A stretch of DNA of 64,000 nt from Balamuthia mandrillaris. Its lineage: Eukaryota. The DNA lies in NCBI GenBank assembly GCA_031835245.2, contig JAVKOQ020000070.1:1-64000 (forward strand), written 5' to 3'. Under the pieces are notes generated by a model. The model was not told the origin of the DNA. It searched no databases and saw nothing but the letters and a program-made list of their open reading frames with translations. This document shows positions 10,232 through 25,485 of this stretch, piece after piece (the first letter of the stretch is position 1; each line of letters opens with the position of its first letter). The position numbers and the translations under genes are program-made.

Positions 10232-11770
10232 TGTTTTTTTCTTCACCCTCTCTTGAAATACCGTGCAGGGTTAGTGCTCCATCGGAGTGCTACTTTTGTT
10301 CCCCTATTTTGCACCACTCACTCTTATTTCCCTGCACGACCCTGTTCCGTTTGGACTTGGTTGTTTTTATTTTTTCTTCACCCTCTCTCAAAATACCGTG
10401 CGGGGTTAGCGCTCTGTCAGAGCGCTACTTTCGCCCCCCTATTTTGCACCACTCACTCTTTTTTCCCTGCATGACCCTGTTTTATTTGGACTTGGTTATA
10501 TTTTTTCTAAAAACAGACTTCTTTTTTTTTGGAGCTGTGTATGCAGCGCTCCGTCGGAGCAGCACCTTTTCTCTGTTATTTGGGGACATGTTCAGAAAGT
10601 TTTTTTTGGTTTTGACCCTCAGGTTTGTTGTGGGAGTGAATTATCTCGTTTTTGACTCATATATTTAATTTCTCGGGTACACAATGTCCTCAGAGGCTGA
10701 AACCAGTTGCATTCGATTCTCCATGATCTGGAGCATAGGTGAGTAAATTATCATGGACAAAGCTTGTTTGGTTACAGACTTAGCTTTTTTTTATATTTTT
10801 GTGTCTAAAATAGAATATTTTTCATAATCATTAAGTTTTTCACTCTTTCTTTGTTTTTTAAAGCAGTGGATAAAGCGCTCCAACGGAGCGGCACCTTGTC
10901 TGTGTTATTTTGGGACTATGTCTGGAAAGTTTTTTTTGTTTTGACCCTCAGGTTCATTGTGGGAGTGAATTATCTCATTTTTGACTCAGTTTGAATCAAA
11001 CAATTAATTTCTCAGGTGCATGATGTCCTTAGAGGCTAAAACTAGTTGCATTCGATTCTCCATGATTTGGAGCATAGGTGAGTAAATTATCATGAACAAA
11101 GCTTGTTTGGTTACAGACTTAGCTTTTTTAAATTTTTGTTTGTGCTTATGGTTAATATTGCTCCCTTCTTCAAAACTTGTGCTTTCCACCTTTTGCACTA
11201 CCTGTAAGTTGATTTTTAGTTTTACTACTCCTCCTTTTCTCTCTTTCTCCTTGTCAAACTCACTTGTGTAGTCAGCACTCTGTCAAAGCATTACTTTCAT
11301 ATTCCTATTTTGTACCACTTCCTCTTTTTTCCTGCAAGACCCTGTTCTGTTTGAACTTGGTTGTTTTTATTTTTTTGTCACCCTCTCCAAAAATCCTATG
11401 TGGGGTTAGCACTCTGTTGGAGCACTACTTTTGCACCCCTAATTTGAACCACTTTCTCTTTTTTCCCTACCTGATCCTGTTTTGCTTAAACTTAGTTGTA
11501 TTTTGTTAAAAACAGACTTCTTTTTTTTTGGAGCTGTGTATGCAGCACTCCGTCGGAGCGGCACCTTTCCTCTGCTATTTGGGGACATGTTTGGAAAGTT
11601 TTTTTTGGTTTTGACCCTCAGGTTTGTTGTGGGAGTGAATTATCTTGTTTTTGACTCAAATAATTAATTTCTCGGGTACACAATGTCCTCAGAGGCTGAA
11701 ACTAGTTGCATTCGATGCTTCATGGTCTAGAGCATAGGTGAGTAAATTATCTTGAATGGAGCTTGTTTAG
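10232..11770. repeat. Nested direct repeats: ~135-bp units and ~270-330-bp units, the block duplicated at ~1000-bp spacing
   Basis: 10273 matches 11274, 10407 matches 11407, 10545 matches 11544; a third copy of the longer unit at ~10830-11130. Confidence 0.85.
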
Positions 11771-11794
11771 ATGCAAACTTAGTTGGACAGAGAA

Positions 11795-12360
11795 AGCTTT
11801 TCTTTTTCTTTATTCTTTTTTCTCTTCTTTCCTTTCTCTTTTTCTCACTCTTTTCTTCTTTTCCTCTTTTTCTCTTCTTTCTTCCTTTTCTTTTTTCTTT
11901 TTGCTTTTCCTTTTCTCTTTTTTCCTTTCTTTTCCTCTTCTTTCCTCTTTTTTTTTCTTTTTTTCTTTTCTTTTACTATCTTCCTCTTTTTTTCTTTTTT
12001 GCTTCTTCTTTTTTTTTCTTTCTTTATCTTCCTCTTTTCGTTTTTTCCTTTCTCCTTCTTCTTCTTTCTTTTTCTTTTTCTTTTCTTTTTCTCTTTTTCT
12101 CTTTTTTCTTATCTTTCCTTTCTTTTTCTTTTTATTTTTCACTTTTCTTATTTTTCTTTTTAGCTCTTTTTTTCTCTTGTTTTTCCTTTTATTTTTTCTT
12201 CTTTTTCCTCTTTTCTCTTTCTATTCTCTTCTTTCTTTTTTCCTTTTTGGCTTTTGTTCTTTTGTTCTTTTTTTTTCTTTCTTTTTTTTCTTTCTTTCTT
12301 TCTTCTTGTTCTATACTTTTTTTTTTCTTCTTTTTCCTTTATTCACTTTTCTTTCCTTGT
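11795..12360 (+). repeat. ~570-bp polypyrimidine (T/C) low-complexity tract
   Basis: Almost purely T and C on the + strand. Confidence 0.9.
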
Positions 12361-12579
12361 ACCAAGGTTCAAGAAGTTCTTTCTTTTTATCAGTTGGTCA
12401 GTCAACACTTTTTTTAATTCTTCATTCTATTTGATTTAACCACATATATTGAATATGTTTTTGTATGAGAAATTTGAAAAAATTGTAACTTTATACCACT
12501 TTATTCAATTGACTTGCAGACTTAGAGTTTTATAGAATGGACCATGGGGAGTTGAATGCCATAGGTTCTGAGTACCCTC

Positions 12580-12596
12580 CCCTAACCCTAACCCTA
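12580..12596 (+). repeat. Innermost interstitial telomeric tract (CCCTAA)2CCCTA
   Basis: Read directly; marks the border between the element array and unique DNA. Confidence 0.95.
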
Positions 12597-12962
12597 GCTC
12601 AAACTCATTTGGTGCACCTGGTCACAACAATCCCACCATAGTTTTGGCAACTCTGGTGGTAAAGGCACTGCACCTAACAAGCACTCTTCCAAGTGCCTCA
12701 GGTAGCTCCTAAAACGGACATTTCCTTCACGGACATCCTCCTTTGGTGGCCAGGAACATTTGAACTTGCTGGTGTTGTTATGCTTTCTATGATCACACAA
12801 GTAGTTTCTGGCCAGTTGCTCCAGCACATTGCAGCAGAAAGCCGCCCCAGTCTTCACTTTCAGGTTGTTTAATTTGCTCTGTGCTTGGTCACGTTCTGCT
12901 TCTGCTGCTTTCAGTTTCACTTCTGCTGCATTCAGCTCCGCGGAGAGAAGAGCTATCTTCAC
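12594..12962 (-). pseudogene. Coiled-coil-containing ORF fragment that ends at the telomeric tract
   Basis: 122-aa protein-like ORF (LSAELNAAEVKLKAAEAERDQAQSKLNNLK); its TAG stop (12594-12596) is part of the telomeric repeat. Confidence 0.4.
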
Positions 12963-13699
12963 TGTAAGTGCAAGGGCCTGGAAAGTTGAATCATTTGGTT
13001 GTTGATGGTAGCGTTCCTACACTTCGTTGACTGCGAGGTGGCCCTTGTTGTAAAAAATAAGAACGGGAATGATGGCGGAGACAAAGTAAGTACGAGACCC
13101 GAACTTAATTTACTAAAAGTGAAGAGTACAAGTGATAGTAAAGTATCTTGTGTTTTGTTGTAAGTTGTCCCGAGAGGAAAAAGAAGAAGAAGCAAGGAGA
13201 GGCAGTATTTAAGCTAGAACAATTATCCAAAAAAGAAGAACAGAGAATATCAGCATAAAAGGGCAGAGAGAGAAAACAACAAGAAAGGAGAAGTTCAAGA
13301 AAGGAGAAGTTGGACACCGAGAGGTTTCCTCAGGTCGACAGGCATGAGGGAGAGGTCGACAGGAAGAGAAGAAGGGCTATTATGTTGGAGTTTTCCAACA
13401 CCCTGGACCTCAAATGCGGCAGAGAGGGAACTGAGTTTGAGGCATGTTTCTCTCAGTTCTTTCTCTAGTTGTAGGATTTTCTCGTCGGTTAAGGCAGCCT
13501 TCGCCCCTTCCTACCTTTTCTGCTTCGCTCTCGTCTTGTTCATTCTTCGGTTTTTCCCACGTGTTCTGCCTTTCGCACAAGGCCGCCTTCACCTTTTCCT
13601 CTTGCTTTTTTCTTCTGTTTCCTCCTGTTCCTTTTGCTCGGCACAGGTTGCAACAGACGGCCAAGTGCATCGTTCCTCTTCTTCTGTTCTTCCAACTCT

Positions 13700-13811
13700 T
13701 TCGCTTGTGCCTTCAGCTGCGCATCCTGCTCTGCCACTGTTTGATCAAGTCTATAGAAGCCTTCGTAAAAACAGTGGCAGAGCAGGATGCGCAGCTGAAG
13801 GCACAAGCGAA
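13700..13811. repeat. Perfect 43-bp inverted repeat with 26-nt loop
   Basis: 13700-13742 is the exact reverse complement of 13769-13811. Confidence 0.95.
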
Positions 13812-13989
13812 CAAATCAAATGGAATTGCTTGTGGGGTGTGTTCTGAATTACATCTGCAAGCTCGGCTTGAGCGAGATCGCCACGCTTGCGTGTAGCCAA
13901 ATGGTGAGTCTCTCCCGTTCGTTGTTCATTCTGTGAGGGCGAGAGTGTGGCATGACAATACTCGTGTCGACCTGAAACTTTTTCGCTGA

Positions 13990-18267
<4,278 letters not shown>

Positions 18268-18366
18268 GTGAGCTAGCTCAGACGATCCATCGTGATCTTC
18301 GTTTCTTCTCAATTTGCCAACATTGTTTGTTTCTTGTTAACATGAATGTTATCAACAGATCTTTCC

Positions 18367-19447
18367 TTAGGCTAATCCATCAATAGCATCAGAGGAATCA
18401 TCACCACCATCAGGAGTGTCACATTCAAAGGCTATGAAAACAAACTGGAAGCCTGCAGAGGGGCGTCCACGAACTCTGGCTGCTCCTACCGACACGTAAT
18501 CGAAATAACCAACATTCACCGAGTCGGGGAAATCGCGAAGAAGTAGATCCGCAAACGCCTTCTCCACCGTGTTACCACTTTAAACAAAAAAAACCCAAAC
18601 AAAAAGCCCACACATATCGAAAAAAGATAATGCACTCTCAGTAAGGGCTGGGAAAAGGGCATAGCAAAAGCAAAAATATGACGTACATTCCGGTACCCTC
18701 GTAATAGTCAGGCTCAGAGCACCCAGCCACACTTTTATCAGAGCAAACCACAAGTCAATCTTCACATCTTGAAAGGGGAGAACAAGATTGAGACGGGTCG
18801 TCGTACCTCCCTGCCAGCAACAGACGCAGAGGGGAGAACAAATCATCGAAAGGGAAGAAACTTTCGAGTTCAGCAGCCTCACGCGCTGCTGTTGTTGTTA
18901 AGCACTCGCTAATTTGCTCCGCTACAGGAATTTCGCTCCGATAGAAGGCCAAAAAGTCCAACATCTCTCGCTCCACCGTCGTCTCACAATTTTCAAGCTC
19001 GAGGTCATCATTTGAACCGGAGAAGACGTCGAATTCTTGCAATAAGTCTAATACTGCATCGATAAGCCCCCTATTTTGCGCTATCTGTTCTTCTGGTTGC
19101 AATCCTGTTGCCTCTTCGAGCGAGAAGACTACAACATTCTTTGCTTCCTCCCAGTCAAGCGACAACAACTCTTTTGCCGTCAATGACTTTCCACCATACC
19201 CGCTGCTTACCCGAATGCCACGATCTGCAAGATTTCCCAAATATCCCGCAACTGCACCGTGTCCGTCTTGTTGCAGCTGTTTCCACTTGTGTTCAAAGTC
19301 AGTGGTGGAGAAGGGCTTGACTTTCTTGTTCTGCAAAATCTCTAAAATCAAGTCGCTATCCTCCTTATCCTCCGAGACGGTTAGACCAACGTGAGCTAGG
19401 CATAGAACCGCAGCCAGTACGAACAATGCTGCCGTGACAAACTTCAT
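18367..19447 (-). CDS. Secreted protein of unknown function (multi-exon)
   Basis: MKFVTAALFVLAAVLCLAHVG signal peptide, long open frame, terminal exon ORF 18367-18567. Confidence 0.6.
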
Positions 19448-19683
19448 CTTCGTCTCGAAAGCGGCCAACTGAAGGAAAGGGGAGGAAGAGGTGTTCAGAA
19501 GACAAAAAGGAAATGTGTGTGTGTGAAACGGCGGCGCCCAATCAAAATCCTGCAAAATAAATTCGTTTTTTTGAGAACTACTGAGGGGTCGACTCCAGTA
19601 GGAAATATATTCCCTCCCTTGGGTCGTCCTGAAGCCTAACAAAAACAAAAAATCGAAAAACAGCAGTAAAGCAGCTGCTCAGG

Positions 19684-21224
19684 ATGAAACGCTTTGCGCT
19701 GCACTCTGCCCTGTCTGGTAGGCAAGGTGTGCCTAAAAGGTTGGCCCAATTCCCCCATGTAAGCTTGAACAATAATGGGCGTTGGGTAGCTTCTCTTAAG
19801 CACTTCAGTTCGAGCAGTATAACAAGCCAGCAACAAGGTTTGGTTTTTTTTTGTTACCATCTTCCACCACTGGCCTGACCTGAGAGCAGAGGAAGATGAC
19901 CTTCTCAACTCGGACAGAGAGTCAGACCAAGTTGATGTTGTGATAGTGGGAGCTGGTCCTGCTGGTCTGTCTGCCGCTATCAAGTTGAAACAGCTGAGCA
20001 ATGAGCAAGGTAAAGAGCTGCGAGTGTGTGTCCTCGAGAAAGGAGCAGAAGTAGGTTTGTAGGCGCTGCTTACGCTCGCTAGAACATTGTTTGCACCCAC
20101 CCAATTATTGTTGCATTTTTGTGCAGGTTCCCACATTCTCTCGGGTGCTGTCATTGAACCACGCGCTTTGAACGAGTTGATTCCGGACTGGAAAGAAAAA
20201 GGGGTAATGCTCTCTGCTTTCTGCGCTTGGTGGGCTGTTGTTAGCTAACGCAAATGTTGTTGTTCTTCTTGTTCTTGTTCTTGTTCTTCTTCTTGTCCTT
20301 CTTGTTCTTCTTTTTCTTGTTCTGCTTCTTCTTCTTCTTCTTCTTCTTCTTGTTCTTCTTCTTCTTCTTCTTCTTTTTCTTCTTCTTCTTCTTCTTCTTC
20401 TTCTTCTTCTTCTTCTTCTTCTTCTTCTTCTTGGTAGGCACCACTGGACACCCCAGTAACATCAGACTCGTTTGTGTACCTAACTGAAAATAGGCATGTG
20501 CGGCTACCGACTCCACCCCAAATGCATAATACAGGCAACTACGTGGTCAGCCTGAGCAACGTCTGTAAGTGGTTGGAGACGCAAGCTACTGAGCTCGGTG
20601 TGGAGATCTATCCCGCCACGCCTGCCCGCCAAGTTCTCTTCCATGAAGATGGAGCTGTTAAGGGTGTTGCCACCGGGGACTTGGGTATCAGTAAAGAGGG
20701 TAAACCTAAGGTAAGAAGCGTCAGTCTCCCCGCTCATTACATGCGATCCCTGACTTCCTTCCACCTAGAGCACCTTCACCCGTGGCTTCGAGTTTCATGC
20801 AAGGATGACCATGCTGGCTGAAGGCTGCCGAGGCTCGCTCACCAAGAGTCTTAACCAACCTCTCAAGCTGCGTGAAAACTGCGACCCTCAGACTTATGGG
20901 CTTGGCATCAAAGAGATTTGGACAATAGACCCCAAACTTCATGAACCTGGTGAGTAGTCTTTGAAACGAACTAAGCCTTTTTTTTTCTTCGCTCAGTTAT
21001 TGTATTGTCTTTTGTCGCCTTCCAGGAAAGGTGGTCCATACTGTAGGCTGGCCCTTGGATGATAGCACTTACGGTGGCTCTTGGTTGTACCACATGAAAG
21101 AGAATAACCAGATTTCTGTTGGCTTCGTCATCGGACTTGACTATAAGAATCCTTATTTAAGCCCATACAAAGAATTCCAGGTATGTTTCTTCTTTTTGCA
21201 CGGTCTCATTCAAAAGCGAACGAG

Positions 21225-21262
<38 letters not shown>

Positions 21263-22165
21263 GTCCATTATAATTTACAGCCACCTGCAGCGTTGGAAAC
21301 ATCATCCTTTTGTTCGACCGATTTTTGAAGGAGGCGAATGCATAATGTACGGTGCTCGCAGCATCTCTGAAGGAGGCCTTCAGAGTATCCCACGGCTAGT
21401 ATTCCCTGGCGGACTGCTTATCGGCGACACAGCTGGCTTTTTGAACGTCCCAAAGATCAAAGGCACTCACAACGCAATGAAATCCGGTATAATTGCTGCT
21501 GAGGCGGCGTTCGAGGCACTTACCGCGGATGGCTCTACCGATGAGCACATTGAGCTTCTGGCTTATCCCGAGAAGCTAAAGCAGAGTTGGATATGGGAAG
21601 ACTTGTACCGAGTGCGAAACATCAGGCCCATAATGGCACGCCTTGGCACTCATCTTGGTATCGCAGGCGCTGCTATTGACACCTTTATATTCCGAGGCAA
21701 GGCTCCCTGGACGCTTAGGCACAAGCACGCGGACCACGAAACACTAGGTTAGATATGCTTCTTTGCTTCTATGTTTTGAACACATGTAACTAATTGCTGC
21801 TGCTCTTCAATTACATAGCTTTGGCTAAGGATAGTAAACCTATCAACTATCCGTCACCAGATGGAAAAATCAGCTTCAACTTGTTGGAGAACGTGCAGCG
21901 CAGTGGCGTAAACCATGAAGAGGATCAGCCATGCCACCTCACCCTGAAGGACCCTTCAATACCATCCAAGGTAAACTGGCCGCTGTATGCTGGACCCGAG
22001 TCGAGGTACTGCCCTGCTGGAGTTTATGAGTATGTGGACGGGCAGCTTGTCATCAACGCCAGCAACTGCGTCCACTGCAAGACCTGCGACATCAAAGACC
22101 CCACACAGAATATCAATTGGGTGACGCCAGAAGGAGGAGGAGGTCCACTCTACTCGAGCACCTAA
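19684..22165 (+). CDS. ETFDH: Electron transfer flavoprotein-ubiquinone oxidoreductase, mitochondrial
   Basis: [19 protein letters not shown] motif, [54 protein letters not shown]. Confidence 0.97.
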
Positions 22166-22747
22166 AGAAAAGGGGCAAAGCAAACTTTGTGGCCTTTTCT
22201 TCTTACAGCAAAGGACCTGTCTCTTCTTTCCTGCTGGATGTTATTGTTGGTTCACTTGTTTATTTGTTGTTTTTGTCGTCGTTGTCGTCGTTGGGGAAAT
22301 GTGGAATAAAACACAAACATCGCGTGACTGAGCGCTGCTGCGGTTTTGGTGGTGACGAGCGATGACAGGAGGAGGAGCAGCAGGAGGAGCGGCAGCAGGA
22401 GGAGCAGCAGGAGGCGGCGGAGGGCAAAAATGATGAAAAGGTACAGAAATCAAAAAACAAAGGGACCAAAAATAATGTGGCTGGCTGGCTCACTCCAAGC
22501 TCCCCCCACCACAACAACAAGCGCACCGCACTGTGCTATCCGATATCCAGTGTCAGCTGATGACGTAGCAGAAGCCTGCAGGCTGGTGGGTGCTTCTTTC
22601 ATTTGCTTTGGTTATTATTATTATTATTTCTATTATTTTTTATTTTTTATTTTATTTTTTTTGCTTTCAAACGCAAGACAAGAACACACTTTATTTGTTT
22701 GTGGTGTTGCTTCGTCACAGAGGCCTCAAACTAAAGTAACTCTTGAG

Positions 22748-24206
22748 ATGGACGCTTCCTTGCGGCAACGACGAACAGCCAACTGGCACACTGCCAACAG
22801 CAGCACCAAGGTCGAAGATCCTTCCACGCTAAGTTCGCTGGGCTGGCTGGGAGATAAAGAAGAACAAGAGCAAGAGGAAAAAGATGAGAAAGAGAAGGAA
22901 GGGCAGAGAAGCAGCGAACAAAACGGAAAAATGGATCGGTATCGTGGGGGTGGGCCTCTCTCTTCCCCTGCTGAAAGCAAGAGAGACCTAACACATAACA
23001 ATCATTTGGACGACTCGAGCGAACGGCAAGAAACTAAACAAGAAGAAAGCATCGAAGAAGTGCAAAGCAAGAAAAGCATTGAGGGTGACTGGTGGTTGGC
23101 TACTATCCTGTGGCTACCTCTTATCCTGAGCCAGATAGGACCTGCTTTCTACGAAACACCAAGTGAACCCCCTCCGATCCACACGAGGCTTCCAGAAGAT
23201 GAGATCGGCAACCTTACTTTGCCTTTGATTCTCATGCAGAACCCTTTCGTCACCTTCCTTAAGAGCACTTCGCTGTTTCACGGCAAAGCCTTCCACTTAC
23301 TCCTGTTGGCAGCAGAGCTCATCCTCTGGCAAGTTACCAGCCAATGGACTCACAGAAAGATAGGGCAAGAGGGTAGTGGACCCTTTTTTGGCTCCACTGC
23401 AGCTAGTTCCTGGTTGCGCATCTTCGTCTTCTTGGTGGCGTTCTTTTCTTCTCTGGGAACCACTGCACCCACTCGAACCTACATCATGCTTTGGTTCGTG
23501 TTTGGCTTATTTAGGGCCATTACTTCTGCAAGTAAGCCGCTCCCCTCCCCTCCCCTCCCCTCTACCTCTCTCCCTCCCCTCCCCTCCCCTCCTCTCCTCA
23601 GCCTCTCCTCTCCTGCTTACGCTCACCTATCTCTCTTCCTTGTTTTGAAAAGGAGGTCGAGGTACGACGTTTGCATTCTTTCTTGCCAAGACGATATGGG
23701 TGGCTTCATTTTTGGGCACGAAGGACATCAACTTCATTCTTCCGCACTACTTTTGTATCAAGCTCGCATCTTCATATTTTCAGAGAAAGAACAACGGCGC
23801 GGGTACCGCCTCTCCTGTCCCTTCCTCTTCTTCCGAGTATAGCAGTGGCGAAGAGAGCAGAAGCGATGAAAGCAGCAGTGCCTCCTCTTCCCTCGTGCCA
23901 TGGCATCGAAATGAAGGGAACAACGAGAATGTTCCCCTCGATGCTAACAATGGGAGCCCCAGGGTGGAGGGTGGCAACTACATCATTGGAGTGACTGTTG
24001 CCTTGCTCGCCTTTCCGATATACCTGCTGGTGTGTTACTACTTTGACACCACCATTCAAATGCTGGTGAGACTGGTATGCTTCAGTTCCCCGTTTTCTGT
24101 AGGCTCTGCACGTCGGTACTACTATGGTGCTGAAGTACTGCTGATGGAAGGCGTCACACTGCTATTTGACATTGTCCTCATGGCTGCCTTACCTCAGTCA
24201 TATTAG
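22748..24206 (+). CDS. Multi-pass membrane protein of unknown function
   Basis: Charged N-terminus followed by several hydrophobic segments across ORFs 22346-23842 and 23700-24206, joined by a likely intron ~23531-23652. Confidence 0.55.
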
Positions 24207-24451
24207 CATCCACCCTCCCTCCCTCCCTCCCTCCCTCCCTCTCTCTCATTCTCTCTCTTCCCACCATCTTCATTGTTTGCTGTAGTACTGCTGTTGTAAA
24301 TACGTGAATAAACGATAAATACATACATACTTATTTACAAAAGAAATGTAAATACGATTCTTTTGTGTCGACAATGTTTTGGCGGGAAAACACGAGCACA
24401 AGAGCTAAGCACAACAAAAGAAGAGGGGAATTTATAGCAACACAACAAACA

Positions 24452-25398
24452 ATGGAGGTGGTCCCGTCTGAACGAAAGAGAAAGAGAAACATCGACGAGG
24501 ACGATGAATCGGCGGTGGCGGCGCTTAGGTCAGACCATCCGGTTGTAGAGGAGGACAAAAAGAAAACAAGGACGTTTGATGTGCAGTCTGCCAAAGCCGG
24601 TACCATACCTCCTATTTTTTCCCTTAATCATAAGATTATTCACCGCGATGATAAAGAGAGGCGACTAGTGGCAGTTGGCAAGCCAGCACCTTTCTTTGAG
24701 GCGGACGCAGTCCTTGGAGAAGAGTTTACCGCAATAAGACTTTCTGACTTCAGAGGTTTGGCGCTTCAGATTTGTTCCCCCAACATTTGTTAACACTTGT
24801 ACTGCTTGTTGCTTTGCAACGAAGGCAAGTACTTAGTTCTTTTCTTTTACCCCTTGGACTTTACGTTTGTTTGTCCAACGGAAATCCTTGCATTCAGCGA
24901 TCGCATTGATGAGTTTCGCCAGCTGAACTGCCAAGTGGTGGGCGTGTCAGTTGATAGCAAGTACTCCCACCTAGCCTGGATTAACACGCCAAGGCAGCAT
25001 GGCGGGCTTGGTGAGTTTGCTGCTCATATCACCACCCCATAGGTATCACTGATTTGAAAGTTAACGCTACTACTGGTGTTGCAGGAGGGGAGCTAGCTTT
25101 TCCTTTGGCCTCGGATTTAACGCACAGCATATCGAGGAACTACGGTGTTTATCTGGAGGAAGCGGGACACAGTTTGCGTGGTCTATTCATCATCAACAGA
25201 GAAGGGCAAGTTATGCATATTACCATGAATGCGCCTCCTGTTGGCAGAAATGTGGATGAGACTCTGCGTCTGGTGCAAGCCTTTCAGTACGCAGAAGAAC
25301 ATGGCGAAGTGTGTCCGGCCAATTGGACCCCAGGAAAAGCAACCATAAAGCCAGATCCACAAAGCAGCAAGGCTTTCTTTTCTTCCCTTTCTTCTTGA
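24452..25398 (+). CDS. Typical 2-Cys peroxiredoxin
   Basis: [48 protein letters not shown]. Confidence 0.97.
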
Positions 25399-25485
25399 TT
25401 GCAACTGCTTAGCTCTTTATTCCACTTCTTTTTTTTTTCAATCAAAAATTGAAAACGCGCGAGCAGGGAGTCGAACTCACAACGT

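Larger units (their letters stand above)
10232..12579 (+). mobile_element. Non-autonomous derivative of the same family (unit 3)
   Basis: Last ~110 bp closely match the end of unit 2 (10106-10213 vs 12472-12579); 10820-11130 is homologous to unit 1 ~380-675; no credible coding frame. Confidence 0.7.

Noticed and set aside
10232..11770. CRISPR-like array (regularly spaced palindromes)
   Set aside because: The intervening sequences are homologous to each other rather than unique spacers; no cas genes; eukaryotic context
11752..12439. Long Phe/Leu/Ser-rich and Lys-rich ORFs
   Set aside because: Artefacts of the polypyrimidine tract
20245..20432. (TCT)n, (CT)n and (CCT)n tracts and their poly-K/E/L/P ORFs (also 59080-59238 and many introns)
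   Set aside because: Intronic microsatellites that are a window-wide feature; the overlapping ORFs are spurious
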